From: Malacoraja senta
Lineage: Eukaryota
Direction: 5' to 3'
DNA length: 64,000 nt
NCBI GenBank assembly: GCA_038087875.1
Contig: CM075995.1
Coordinates: 1,366,001-1,430,000, forward strand
Numbering within the stretch: the stretch's first letter is position 1; each line of letters starts with the position of its first letter. The notes below the pieces were generated by a model, which had not been told where the DNA came from, searched no databases, and saw nothing but the letters and a program-made list of their open reading frames with translations. The position numbers and the translations under genes were made by a program. Positions 13,288 through 25,997 of this stretch are shown in pieces.

Positions 13288-14029
13288 AGTCCCGAACTAC
13301 TGTCTACCTCATTGGAGACCCTCGGACTATCTTTGATCGGACTTTACTGGCTTTACCCTGCATTAAACGTTGTTCCTTTTTATATCTGTACACTGTAAAT
13401 GGCTCGATTGTAATCATGTATTGTCTTTCCGCTGACTGGTTAGTACGCAACAAAAGCTCTTCACTGTACCTCGGTACATGTGACAATAAACTAAACTGAA
13501 CTGAACTTAATGCAGTGATCACACAGATCACATTGGTGCAAATATCACTGACCTCGCCATGATTATAAACTGCGGTCTTGTAATAATATCCAAAAGGGGA
13601 TCATAAAATAGCATATATAAACTCAACCACTTGATAGCTCACCGGTAACTGGAGTCATGGTCATACAGAATGGGAACAGGCCCTTCAGCCCAACTTGCCC
13701 ATGCAGACCAAAATGCACCATCTACTTAAGTCCCACCTGCCTGTGTTTGGCCCATATCCCTCTAACCCTTTCCTATCAATGTACCTTTCCATTGAAACTA
13801 AATAAAAATCCAACAATTGGACACAAAGTGCTGGAGTAACTCAGCAGGTCAGGCAGCATCTTCGGAGAACATAGATAGGTGACATTTTCTATCCATGTTC
13901 TCCTGCGATGCTGCTTGACCTGTTGAGTTACTCCAGCACCTTGCCTCTTTTTGTGTATTAACCGGCATCTGCAGTTCTTTGTTTCTCTAAAGCAGTAATT
14001 GTTCCCGATCACTTTTTTTAGAGGGAGAC

Positions 14030-14332
14030 TTTTAGAGACTTTGGATAGAGAGTGGAAACAGGCCCTTCGGCCCACCGAGTCCATGCTGACCAGCAATGGC
14101 CCCATACACTAGCACTATCCTACACACCAGGAACAATTTACAATTCACAGAAGCCAATTAACCTGAAAAACGGTACGTCTTTGTGGTGTGGCTGGAAACC
14201 GGAGCACCCGTTGAAAACCTATAGAGATCACAGGGAGAACGTACAAACTCCGTACAGACAGCACCCGTAGTCAGGATCGAACCCGGGTCTCTGGTGCTGT
14301 AAGGCAGCAACTCTACCGCTGCGTCACCGTGT
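14030..14332 (-). mobile_element. V-SINE (HE1-like)
   Basis: Reverse complement of the same consensus. Confidence 0.88.
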
Positions 14333-14612
14333 TTTCATAATCTGTAAGTTGTATAACAACAACAACAAATAATTGTGTAGCTAGGAATTGCAAATGCTGG
14401 TTTTACACCAAAGATAGACACTGAATGCTGGAGTAACTCAGCGGGCTTGGCAGCATCCCTGGAGAGGTTTCAGTTTAGTTTATTGTCATGTGTACCGAGG
14501 TACAGTGAAAAGCTTTTTGTCGCGCGCTAACCAGTCAGCAGAAAGACAATACATGATGATTACTATCGATCCATTTACAGTGTATCCATTTTACAGCGTA
14601 TAAAAGGAATAG

Positions 14613-14644
14613 GTGACGTTTCGGGCGAAACCCTTCATCAGACT
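14613..14644 (-). ncRNA. Minimal type-I hammerhead ribozyme motif in a Penelope tail (intact core)
   Basis: AGU-CUGAUGA-A-GGGUUUCGCCC-GAAAC-GUC-AC; palindromic ACGU replaces stem III. Confidence 0.65.
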
Positions 14645-14733
14645 CAAAATAAAATTGCTCTGCCTTGAATCAGTAGTGTGCGTGCGTAGTAGTGTGACAG
14701 GCTTCAGTGACAATACAAAATGGTCACCAGTAA

Positions 14734-14971
14734 AGGGCCTGTCCCACTTTCACAACCTAATTCATGACCTTATTTACCCGTGGATATTTTTCATCAGGCT
14801 AGAAAAAACGGCCCGACCTACTTGATGCCACGAGTACCTACGACTAGCATCACGACCTGCTGCGACCTACCTACGGCCTCCTACGACCTGGTGACGACCA
14901 TGCTGCGAGTATGAGTCAAGGGCAAACTCGGCAGAGGTCGTGAATTAGTTTGTCAAAGTGGGACAGGCCCT
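14734..14971. mobile_element. PIF/Harbinger-type MITE
   Basis: TIRs AGGGCCTGTCCCACTTT...AAAGTGGGACAGGCCCT extending about 36 bp; TAA TSD. Confidence 0.9.
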
Positions 14972-16718
14972 TAACTCAGTGGGGCAGGCGAGTCACTCCG
15001 GCATTTTGTGTATTCCTTCAGACTGTTCGCTGTGGCAGGTTAACAGTTCCAATGGCGGATCTGCAGATACATTTGAATAAATTGGCAGCAAACAGGATGC
15101 CTGCTTTGCGGAGGATGTATGGATATTTGGCACTGGAGCCGGAACACTGACACCAGGGAGTGGCTTGCTCGGGTGGATGTAATGGTGCCTCGTTAGACTG
15201 GTTTATACATGTCTTTACGCCGCTGTTTAACTGCGGGACGCTGCTATGCACATTGGAAATGCATCTGCTCAACTGTTTGAGTTATATGTTCACTGTTTGA
15301 TTTGGCAGCGCTTTGTAAAAAGATAAAGACGAACCATTATTCATATTCATGATTCCAACTGTTCAAGCCAACAAGCCAACTGCCTTTGCTAATTTTAGTG
15401 GTGGGGTAAAAGTGCATGAAATGCGTCAGGATGCCAAGGAGGAGCAGCAATGGGGTAGCTGTGTGGCTTCCCTCTGCTGTTTATGGGGCAGCTGCGTGGC
15501 TTCCCCCTTTTGCCTCGGGGGAGCACCTTAGCGGAGACTGAGATAGACACGGAATGATGGAGTAACTCAGCGGGTCAGGCAGCATCCCTGGAGAACACGG
15601 GTAGGTGACGTTTCGGTTCGAGACCCTTCTTCAGACTGAGGGTCCTTCTCGTTGAGTTACTCCAGCACTTTGTGTCTTTTTTTTATTGTAAACCAGCGAC
15701 TGCAGATTAGATTAGTTTGGAGATACGGCGCGGAAGCAGGCCCTTCGGCCCACCGGGTCCGCACCGACCAGCAATCCCCGCACATTAACACCACCCAACA
15801 CACACTAAGGGGCAATTTTACATTTATACCAAGCCAATTAACCTACAAACCAGTTCGTCTTTGGAGTGTGGGAGGAAACCAAACATCTCGGAGAAAACCC
15901 AGGCAGGTCACGGGGAGAACGTACAAATTCTGTACAGATAAGCACCCGTAGTCAGGATCGAACCTGGGTCTCTGGTGCCGTGAGGCAGTAGCTATACCGC
16001 TATGCTACCTATGTATCCAGCTATTTTAGTCAGCTATAGAAGACAGACAGAAGAAGGGTCTCCGCCCGAAACGTCACATATTCCTTTTCTCCAGAGATGC
16101 TGCCTGACCCACTGGGTTACTCCACCAATTTGTGTCTGTCTTCAGTGTAAACCACCATCTGCAGGTCCTTCCTTAGGAAAAATTAGGACCTAATGCTGGA
16201 TAGGAGAGTGCGTGGAAAGGAGATGAGGAGGAAGTTCTGTAGTCGGAGGATGGTGAGTTTGTGCAATTCATTGACACAAAAAGCTGTGGAGGCCAAGTCA
16301 ATGGCAGAGATAGATAGATTCTTGATTAGTACGGGTGTCAGAGGTTATGGGGAGAAGGCAGGAGAATGGGGTTGGGAGGGAGAGATAAATCAGCCATGGT
16401 TGAATGGCGGAGTAGATTTGATGGGCCGAATGGCCTAATTCTGCTCCGAGAACCTATGAACATATGGTACAAATGCATTTAGACAGGTACATGGATAGGA
16501 GAGGTTTTAGGAGGGATATGGGCCAAGTGTGGGCAATTGGGACTAGTGCGGATGGGACATGTTGGTCGGCGTGGGCAAGTTGGGCCGAAGGGCCTGTTTT
16601 TCCACGCTGTATGACACTATGACTCCACGACTGTGCTCATAAAGGGCTTTACAGTCACTGGTGAGCAACCAGTGCTGTTCCAGCAGCTAACTATATGGTC
16701 AAACTATATGTCGGCATG

Positions 16719-17074
16719 TTTTTTTTGGGTTTTCTTTTTTAATCAAAAAATTTATTCAATTATTAAAAAATAATAATTACACTACAATAAAACCAGAACC
16801 CACCACCATACTACAATACAAACATATATCCATAATAACCTACTATACAACTATGATACAATCCTTATTGAGGATACATTCAACACCCTGCGGAACCCAG
16901 CGGTCCTGGAACTCCCCCAGGGTGCCTGTGGACAGGGCGTATTCCCTTTCTAACTGCACCCGGGCACGGACGTATCGCCGGAAAAGGGGCAGGCAGCCGG
17001 CTCGGGTAGAGCCCTCCACCGCCTGGCGCCTTGACTCGCGGATGGCTAGCTTGGCCAGGCCCAGGAGCAACCCA
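16719..17074 (-). mobile_element. 5'-truncated Tx1/L1-clade LINE with A-rich tail
   Basis: ORF2 C-terminus LLGLAKLAIRESRR...EFQDRW; 14-bp TSD TATATGTCGGCA(T/C)G at 16705-16718 and 17075-17088. Confidence 0.82.
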
Positions 17075-17081
17075 TATATGT

Positions 17082-17390
17082 CGGCACGGTGGCGCAGCGG
17101 TAGAGTTGCTGCCTTACAGCGAATGCAGTGCCGGAGACCCGGGTTCGATCCCGACTACCGGTGCTGCCTGTACGGAGTTTGTACGTTCTCCCCGTGACCT
17201 GCGTGGGTTTTCTCCGAGATCTCCGGTTTCCTCCCACACTCCAAAGACGTACAGGTTTGTAGGTTAATTGGCTTGGTAAATGTAAAAATTGTCCCTAGTG
17301 GATATAGGATAGTGTTAATGTACGGGGATCGCTGGTCGGCGCTGACCCGGCGGGCCGAAAGGGCCTCTTTCCGCGCTGTATCTCTAAAAA
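17082..17390 (+). mobile_element. tRNA-derived V-SINE (HE1-like), representative of more than 25 full or partial copies in the window
   Basis: A box TGGCGCAGCGG; B box GGTTCGATCC; core GTTCTCCCCGTGACCTGCGTGGGTTTTCTCCG...TTCCTCCCACACTCCAAAGAC; tail GGGCCGAA.GGCC...CTGTATCTCTAAA. Confidence 0.9.
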
Positions 17391-17962
17391 ATTAAGAACT
17401 GAGCTTAGCTAAGGGGTGGTGAGTGCATGCAACGCACAGCCGGAGGTGGTGGCTGAAGCAGATATGTTGGTGGCATTTAATAGACTTTGCATAGGCATAT
17501 GGATATGCAGGGAATGGAGGGCTAAGAGTTACGTGCATCAGTTTAGTTTAATGTCACGTGTACCGAGGTACAGTGAAAAGCTTTTGTTGCGTGTTAACCA
17601 GTCAACGGAAAGACAATACATGATTACAATTGGGCGGTCCACAGTGTATCTGTACGACTAAAGACTTAAGAGTGTGGAGCTGTAATGTGTGATAGCAGAT
17701 CTGCCTCTGTGGCTAGCACGCAAATAGTCGCCTGGGTCAGGCGCCATCTTGGAAGCAACATTCCAGGTGGATGTAATAGCATCGTGTTTGGCAAAGACAT
17801 TGTGGGCTGAAGGGCCTGTTCTTGTACTGCACTGTGTAGGAAGGAACTGCAGATGCTGGGTTAAACCGAAGATAGACACAAAAAGCTGGAGTAACTCAGC
17901 GGGACAGGGAGCATCCTTGGAGAGAAGGAATGGGTGACGTTTCAGGTCGAGATGCCACACAT

Positions 17963-18386
17963 TCATAGAAACATAGAAACATAGAAAATAGGTGCAGGAG
18001 TAGGCCGTTCGGCCCTTCGAGCCTGCACCGCCATTCAATATGATCATGGCTGATCATCCAACTCAGTATCCGGTGCCTGCCTTCTCTCCATACCCCCTGA
18101 TCCCTTTAGCCACAAGGGCCACGTCTAACTCCCTCTTAAATAGAGTCAATGAACTGGCCTCAACTACCTTCTGTGGCAGAGAGTTCCAGAGATTCACCAC
18201 TCTCTGTGTGAAAAATGTTTTTCTCATCTCGGTCCTAAAAGACTTCCCCCTTATCCTTAAACTGTGACCCCTTGTTCTGGACTTCCCCAACATCGGGAAC
18301 ATTCTTCCTGCATCTAGCCTGTCCAACCCCTCAAGAATGTTGTAAGTTTCTATAAGATCCCCCCTCAATCTTCTAAATTCTAGCGA
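17963..18386 (-). mobile_element. CR1/HER1-type LINE 3' fragment
   Basis: LEFRRLRGDLIETYNIL; (CATAGAAA)n on the plus strand. Confidence 0.85.
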
Positions 18387-20938
18387 ATCTAGAGATTCCT
18401 TCTCTCCAGAGATGCTGCCTGACCCTCTGAGGTACTCCAGCTTTTTGTGTCTATCTTCTCGCACTGTACTGTTCTATACTCTATGTTAGACTATAAGACC
18501 ATAAGACGTGGAAGCAGAATTAGGCCATTCGGCCGATCGAATCTACTCCACCATTCAATCATGGCTGATCTATTATTTCCCTCTCAACCCCATTCTCCTG
18601 CCTTCTCCCCATAACCATTGATGTCCTTCCTAATCAAGAACCTATCAATCTCTGCTTTAAAAATACCCAACGACTTGGCCTCCACAGCCATCCGGTGGCA
18701 ATGTGTTTCACCACCCTCTGGTGAAAGAAATTCCTCCTTATCTCCATTCTAAAGGTGGGTCCTTTTATTCTGCTGTGCCCTCTGGTCCTAGACTCTCCCA
18801 CTAGTGGAAACATCATTTCCGCATCCATTGTATACCAGCCTTCCACTATCCAGTAGGTTTCAATGAGATCTCCCCTCATCCTTTTAAGCTCCATCGAGTA
18901 CAGGCCCAGAGCCTTCAAATGCTCTAATGGGGGATAATATGTTCTAATATCGGAATAACCAAAAGTGGCAGCTATACTTTAGGAGGAGACAAAATGTGTG
19001 GGAAGGAACTGCAGATGCTGGTTTATACCGAAGACAGACACAAAATGCTGGAGTAATTCAGCGGGTCAGGCAGCATCTCTGGAGAGAAGGAATGGGTGGC
19101 GTTTCGGGTCAAGGCCATTCTTCAGGCTGAAGACTGTGTCTATCTCCAGTTTCAGAGTTGTTTGGGGATTTTTGGGGCAATGTGCGTGAAAAGAGGACGT
19201 GAGAAAGCAGAACTGTGCGTGCCAGTGAGGAGATTTGAAGTTGGGAGGTCATGTTGCAGTTGTACAAGACGTTGATGAGAGCGCATTTAGAATATTGCGT
19301 TCAGTTCTGGCACCATGTTATGGGAAAGATATTGTCAAGCTTGAAAGGGTTCAGAGAAGGTGGGACGAGTGTAGCTGGGACATAGAAACATAGAAACATA
19401 GAAAATAGGTGCAGGAGTAGGCCATTCGGCCCTTCGAGCCTGCACCGCCATTCAATATGATCATGGCTGATCATCCAACTCAGTATCCTGTACCTGCCTT
19501 CTCTCCATACCCCCCTGATCCCTTTAACCACAAGGGCCACATCTAACCCTTTTAAATATAGCCAATGAACTGGCCTCAATACTACATTCTGTGGCAGAGA
19601 ATTCCACAGATTCACCACTCTCTGTGTGAATTTTTTTTTCTCATCTCGGTCCTAAAAGACTTCCCCCTTATCCTTAAACTGTGACATGTTGGGTAATGTG
19701 GGCAAGTTGGGCCGAAGGGCCTGTTTGCACACTACCACTCTATGACTCCATTAGCCGTGGCTTTGGAGGGCAACGAATCATAGAGTCATTCAGCACAGAA
19801 ACAGGCCCTTCGGCCCGGCTTGCCCATGCCGACCAAGGTTTCCCATTTACACTTGTACCACAAGCCTGTGTTTGCCCCATTTCCCTCAAAATCTTTCCTA
19901 TCCACATACCCATCCAAATGTATTTTAAATGATGCTTTAGTTTCCGCCTCAACGACCTTCTCTGACAGCTCATTCCAGAAGCATTAGTTTATATTATTGT
20001 CATGTATGTAGTGAAACGCTTTTTTGTCGCGTGCTATCCAGTCAGCGGAAAGACAACACACGATTGCAATCGAACCATCCACAGTGCACAGATACAGGTT
20101 AAAGGGAATAATGCTTAGTGCAAGATAAAGTCCAGTGATGTTCGATTTAAAGATAGTCCGACCGTCTCCAATGAGGTAGATGGGAGGTCAGGACCACTCT
20201 CTAGTTGGCGAAAGGATGGTTCACTTGCCTGACAACAGCTGGGAAGAAACTGTCCCTGAATCTGGAGGTGTGCGTTTTCACACTTCTGTACTTCCAGCCT
20301 GATTGAAGAGGGGCGAAGAGGATGTGACCAGGGTGAGAATTGTTCTTGATTATGCTGGGGGCCTTGCCAGGTCAGTGTGGTGTGTGGATGAAGTCAATGG
20401 AAGGGAGGTTGGTTTGCATGATAGTCTGGGCTGCGTCCACATCTATCTCCACATCCCCCCAGATCGCCTGTTAAATCTTTCCCCTCTCACCTTATGGCCG
20501 GCATGGAAGAGTTGGGCCGAAGAGCCTGTTTCTGTGCTGACGTCTCTATGACTCTTTAACCTTCCCCCCTATACAGCAAAAGAAGGGGATGAGGGGGAAT
20601 GTCTTCAGTCAGGGGATGGCGAATCTGTGGAATTCATGGCCACAGACGCTGTGGAGGCCAAGTCAATGGATATTTATAAGGCAGAGATAGATAGATTCTT
20701 GATTAGTATGGGTGTCGGGGGTTATGGGCAGAAGGCGGGAGAATGGGGTTGAGAGGGAGAGTTAGATCAGCCACGATTGAATGGCGGAGTAGACTTGATG
20801 GGCCGAATGGCCTAATTCTGCTCCTATCACTTATGAACTTATGAAATCTTTCCCCTCTCAACTTATGGATGCGTTGGGCCGGAGTGTCTGTTTCCAATGT
20901 CTCTATGAGTCTACAAGTGTCCCCCTTTTACAGCATAA

Positions 20939-21442
20939 AGGGCCTGTCCCACCAGCATGCGGTAGCATGCGTCTAGCGCGACCAAACGTGGTCGCTTGAG
21001 GCGTACGGCCCCGCGGGGCCGGTCCCACTTCGATCGGCGTAGGCGTACAGAGTTGTGCGGGGTTGGTCCCGACATCGCGCGGGGCTCCAAAAATCTTGCA
21101 CTGTCCGAAAATCCCGCGCGACAACGGCCTGTCGGCCCGCAGGCGCATTGAAGCCGTACGCAACGTCTCGTCGGGCGTACGCAGCGTCTTGACGTCGTAC
21201 GCAGCGTCTTGACGGCGTACGCCTAGCTCGTGCCGTTGCGCGATGACGTCACCGCCCGACGCCGTGCGACGTCCAAATTCAGTCGACCCGCCTCCTGCCC
21301 AACTGATTGGTGAGTATGATGTCGGGACCAGCCCCGCACAACTCCATACGTCTCCGCGGTTGGAAGTGGGACCGGCCCCGCGAGGCCGTACGCCTCAAGC
21401 GACCACGTTTGGTCGCAATCGCATGCTGGTGGGACAGGCCCT
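20939..21442. mobile_element. PIF/Harbinger-type MITE with long inverted arms
   Basis: TIR AGGGCCTGTCCCACCAGCATGCG; imperfect inverted arms of about 130 bp; TAA TSD; CpG-rich. Confidence 0.9.
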
Positions 21443-21679
21443 TAAGTCTGCTCCGCACAGTAAAAGTGGCGATGATGTGGCCACTTGCACCGTAGATTGT
21501 CCGATGTGCTGCATCCAGTTGAAAGTATCCAATTGCATGAATCCAATTAGCACTGGAAGACCTAGTTTTTTTCACTGTACCTTGGTGCACGCGACAATAA
21601 ACTAAACTAAACTAATCTTGGCCTAACTGTTGTCCGAGAATTACCTGACGCCAGGTGGTGCAAAGAAACCTCACCCACA

Positions 21680-21945
21680 AGGAACTGCAGATGCTGGTTT
21701 ACACCGAAGATAGACACAAAATGCTGGAGTAACTCAGCGGGACAGGCAGCATCTCCGGAGAGAAGGAATGGGTGACGTTTCAGATCGAGACCCCTTCTTC
21801 AGACTGAGCCAATGGGTCATGTTTCGGGATGAGGACCTTCTTCAGACTGAGCCTCCGTCTGATGAAGGGCCTCGACCCATTCCTTCTCTCCAGAGATGCT
21901 GCCTGCCCCGCTGAGTTACTCCAGCATTTTGCGTCTATCTTCATA
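21680..21945. mobile_element. Penelope tail cluster: two tandem minus-strand hammerhead motifs plus an inverted copy
   Basis: ...CTTCTTCAGACTGAGCC occurs twice, then GTCTGATGAAGGGCCTCGACCC and a plus-strand tail. Confidence 0.7.
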
Positions 21946-22487
21946 CACAACCGACCTTGTGCTGAGCTCTGTAAATGCAAATTGTAGAACAGTGATGGGT
22001 GTAGACATAATGCCCCGGGCGTCTTGAAAACAAATTAATACAGTGGCGTTATTAAAAAGAGATTTTTTTTGCATGCTTTGTACTTCAGGGAGAACCCTGG
22101 GACATTATGTAAAATTTTCAAAGTTTGTTCAGAGTTTAGTTTAGAGATACAGCGGCACCCAGCACCTGTGGTCAGGATCGAACCCACGTCTCTGGCGCTG
22201 TAAGGCAGCAACTCTACCGCTACTCCACCGTGCCACACCTTCATCAATTTAAAAGCATCTACAGATGTCTTTTGGCATCTCGTAGACCCTTCAGCCCACC
22301 GAGTCCACGCCGACCATCGATCACCCGTACACTAGTTCTATGTCATGCCATCTTCGCATCCTACACCCTAGGGGCGATTTTCAGAAGCCATTCATTAACC
22401 TACAAATCTGCGGATCTTTGGAAAGTGGGAGGAAACCGGAGTATTTATACTTAGTTGTCACATTAAATCATCCTGAAATCTGTGTTC

Positions 22488-22795
22488 AGTTTAGTTTAGA
22501 GATACAGCGCACAAACAGGCCCTTCGGCCCTCTGAGTTCACGCAGACCAGCAATCCCTGCACAGTAACACTATCCAACACACACTAGGGACAATTTACAG
22601 CTTTGACCGAAGCCAATCAACCTACAAACATGTACGTCTTTGGAGTGTGGGAGGAAACCGGAGCACCCGGAGAAAACCCACGCAGTCACGGGGAGAACGT
22701 ACAAACTCAGTACAGGCAGCACCCGTAGTCAGGATCGAACCCAGGTCTCTGGCGCTGTTAGGCAGCAACTTTACCGCAGCTCCACCGTGCCGCCC
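22488..22795 (-). mobile_element. V-SINE (HE1-like)
   Basis: Reverse complement of the same consensus. Confidence 0.88.
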
Positions 22796-23223
22796 CTTCT
22801 GAGGAAGGGTCTCGACTCTAAACGACACCCATTCCTTCTCTCCGGAGATGCTGCCTGACCTGCTGAGTCGCTCCAGCATTTTGTGTCTACCTTCGATTTA
22901 AACCAGCATCTGCAGTTCTTTCCTGCACATAAAAACATCTGGGGGTTGTATTGTGGCATCCCGTGGATTTACTTACCTTGCCTTCCTTAGTTTCCAAACG
23001 AGATAATCTCCATCACTTTATATTGAGATCTCTAAATGGTAATAGCCACCAGGAATAATGAAGAAAGAAGAAAGGAAGATCTAACATAACAAAAAAAGAC
23101 ACAAAGTGCTGGAGTAACTCAGCGTGTCAGGCAGCATCTCTGGAGGATTAGAAAAGAGGTGAGGAGGAACTGTTACACCTCTATTGTGCAACATGACAAT
23201 CTGGTTAGAAACTGTTGCGAACC

Positions 23224-23748
23224 TAGGGTTGCCAACTGCCCCGTATTAGCCGGGACATCCCGTATATTGGGCTAAATTGGTTTGTCCCATACGGGACCGC
23301 CCTTGCCCCGTATTTGACTGCTACTACTCAGGTCGAGGAGACTGTCGGGTCGGAGCGTCGCGTCCAACCCCGCCTCACCCGACGTAGTGCAGCCCATGGA
23401 GTGCAGCAGCAGCTCCTCGCCCGTGGCCCCGTCGGTCGGCAGCCCGGCCACCTGTCCGACCTTCGGACCTTCGCTTACCGCCGGCACCACCACCTCTCCT
23501 TTTTCATGGCCGATCATCGGTTCGTGAGTTGGACGGGGTGCCGGACTTTGTGCGTGCGACGTCGCTCGGCCCGGGCCGAAACTCCTCAGCTGGCCCGCCG
23601 GCTGGGCTTTGTGTGCAGTCCAGCACCCGGGCCAACTCATCATTCACCCAGCCACGGCCTAGACGGTCAACGAATTGCCGTTGGGAATTTGTCCCGTATT
23701 TTTTTACCTTTTGTCCCTTATTTGGGAGTGAGAAAGTTGGCGACCCTA
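23224..23748. mobile_element. Non-autonomous hAT transposon
   Basis: TIRs TAGGGTTGCCAACT / AGTTGGCGACCCTA; 8-bp TSD TGCGAACC/TGTGAACC; subterminal (t/c)CCCGTATT repeats. Confidence 0.9.
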
Positions 23749-25649
23749 TGTGAACCGTTGACAAGGCCCTGAAGCTGGACGTAAATGGAAATCATTTTGG
23801 CTGATGCCAGCTATATAGATATCCATGTCAAATTAAACAGTGTTTAGCATTAAAAGCAAATGCCTTGGAACATTCAGTTTCTGACACTATAGTCATTAGT
23901 AATCCCTTTCACACTTTGCTTACAACACTTTGTGAGGTGTGCGACAACATAGGTGTATAAAATCAGCAGAGCAATAGATCGGGTAGACGCACAGAGTCTC
24001 TTGCCCAGAGTAGGGGAATCGAGAACTAGAGGACATAGGTTTAAGGTGAGGGGTGGGGTGGGGGAGATATTATAGGAATCTGAGGAGTAATTTTTTTCAC
24101 ACAAAGGGTGGTGAGAGTATGGAACGAGCTGCCAGAGGAGGTAGTTGAGGCAGGGACATTCACAACGTTTAAGCAGCATTTAGACAGGTACAAGGATAGG
24201 ACAGGTGTAGAGGGATATGGGCCAAACGTGGACAAGTGGGACCGGTGTAAATGGGACATGTTGGCCGGTGTGGGCAAGTTGGGCCGAAGGGCCTGTTTCC
24301 ACGCTGTATGACTCAATGACTCTACGACAATGAGTACTCTGCATTCCTCCATTTCGAATGAATGAATGAATGAATGAATAATGAATGAATGAATGGATGA
24401 ATGAATAAATTTATTGGCCAAGTATTCACATACAAGGAATTTGCCTCGATGCTCCACCCGCAACATGACATACAGTGACAGTTAGGAATGACACATAAAA
24501 CATTAAACATTAATAATAAAACATTATTGATTAAACATGTGAATTAAATAAAATTCCGGAGCAAAAGGAGGCTACAGATTTTTGGTTAGAAACATAGAAA
24601 ATAGGTGCAGGAGGAGGCCATTCGGCCCTTCGAGCCAGCACCGCCATTCATTGCGATCATGGTTGATTGCCCCAATCAATAACCCGTGCCTGCCTTCTCC
24701 CCATATCCCTTGACTCCACTAGCCCCTAGAGCTCTATCTAACTCTCTCTTAAATCCATCCAGTGACTTGGCCTCCACTGCCCTCTGTGGCAGGGAATTCC
24801 ACAAATTCACAACTCTCTGGGTGAAAAATATGTTTTCTCACCTCAGTCTTAAATGGCCTCCCCTTTATTCTAAGAATGGGGCCCTGGTTTGGGAGTAGTC
24901 AATCGTTTCTGGTCAATTATTGCATTATTGATCGCAGGTCACCAAACCTTCTGCTCCCTTCTAGACTCTTATCTCTGAAATATTATCCTTAAGTTCCTTT
25001 TGCATCCTTTAAGACTATATTTAAAGAGGATTAAAGCTAACTGAACACAAATTATCCCTGGTGTGTAGGTGAGTGGTGAAATCTTGTGGTAGTTGTGGAG
25101 ATAGTGGGGAAAATCAAAGGTGATTTGTGTGGGATTAGTGTAGATGGATGCTGAATGGTGGCTTGCTGGGCTAAAAGGCCTGCTTTTTTGCTATAAATCT
25201 TTGTTCTACATTCTACATTGCACCATATGTTAGTCCAGATCCTCTCATGGGCGTAAATCTTAAATGCCGCCCCTTAAGAATGGGCAGCACAGAGGCGCAG
25301 CGGTGGAGTTGCTGCCTTACAGCGCCAGAGACCCGGGTTCGATCCTAACTACGGGTGCTGTCTGTACATAGTTTGTACATTCTCCCTGTGACCCTGTGTG
25401 TAGGATAGTGCTGGTGTATTTGATGATTGCTGGTCAGTGTGGCCTGGATATGCTGAAGGGCCTGTTTCCACGCTGTATGTCTAAAGTCTAAAGATTGGAT
25501 GGGGGAGTAGACATGATGGGCTGAATGGCACTAATGCCTTCTGCTTTTATGGATACGAGAGGCTGCAACAAACTGGGGTCGTCAAAGAGGAACTGTGACA
25601 CTAGCTATCTTGGAGTGACAAAATGACTATTGCAATCATATGCACAATG

Positions 25650-25997
25650 ATAATGGGAGGAATAGATCGGGTAGACGCACAGAGTCTCTTACCCAGAGTA
25701 GGGGAATTGATGATCAGAGGACATAGGTTTAAGGTGAGGGGGGAAAGATTTAATAGAAATCTGAGGGCTAACATTCTCACACAAAGGGTGATGGGTGTAT
25801 GGAACAAGCTGCCAGAGGAGGCAGTTGAGGCAGGGACTAACCCAACGCTTAGGAAGCATTTAGACAGGTACATGGATAGGACAGTTTTGGAGGGATATGG
25901 ACCAAACGAATGCAGGTGGGACTCGTGTAGCTGGGGCATATTGGGTAGTGTGGGCAAGTTGGGACGAAGATCCTGTTACCACGTTGTATCACTCTAT
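25650..25997 (+). mobile_element. HER1-like LINE 3' fragment whose tail is shared with the V-SINE
   Basis: GIDRVDAQSLLP...RGH.FKV.G.RF...WNKLP; same family at 10150-10485, 23955-24322 and 32688-32930. Confidence 0.8.

Noticed and set aside
14734..14750. MITE TIR resembles the SINE/LINE tail motif AAGGGCCTGTTTCCAC
   Set aside because: Short match with no flanking homology; treated as coincidence.
14950..15150. Plus-strand acceptor (ttgtgtattccttcag) and ORF
   Set aside because: The acceptor-like sequence resembles a Penelope-tail remnant and the peptide is unrecognisable.
17082..17160. tRNA gene
   Set aside because: A/B boxes belong to the SINE head and run on into the SINE core and tail.
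22971..23090. Minus-strand exon-like segment ending in GTAAGT
   Set aside because: Stops in all three frames from the obvious acceptors; no support as a coding exon, though a non-coding exon is not excluded.
23272..23772. Overlapping 120-150 aa ORFs
   Set aside because: GC-rich interior of a hAT MITE; no transposase motifs.
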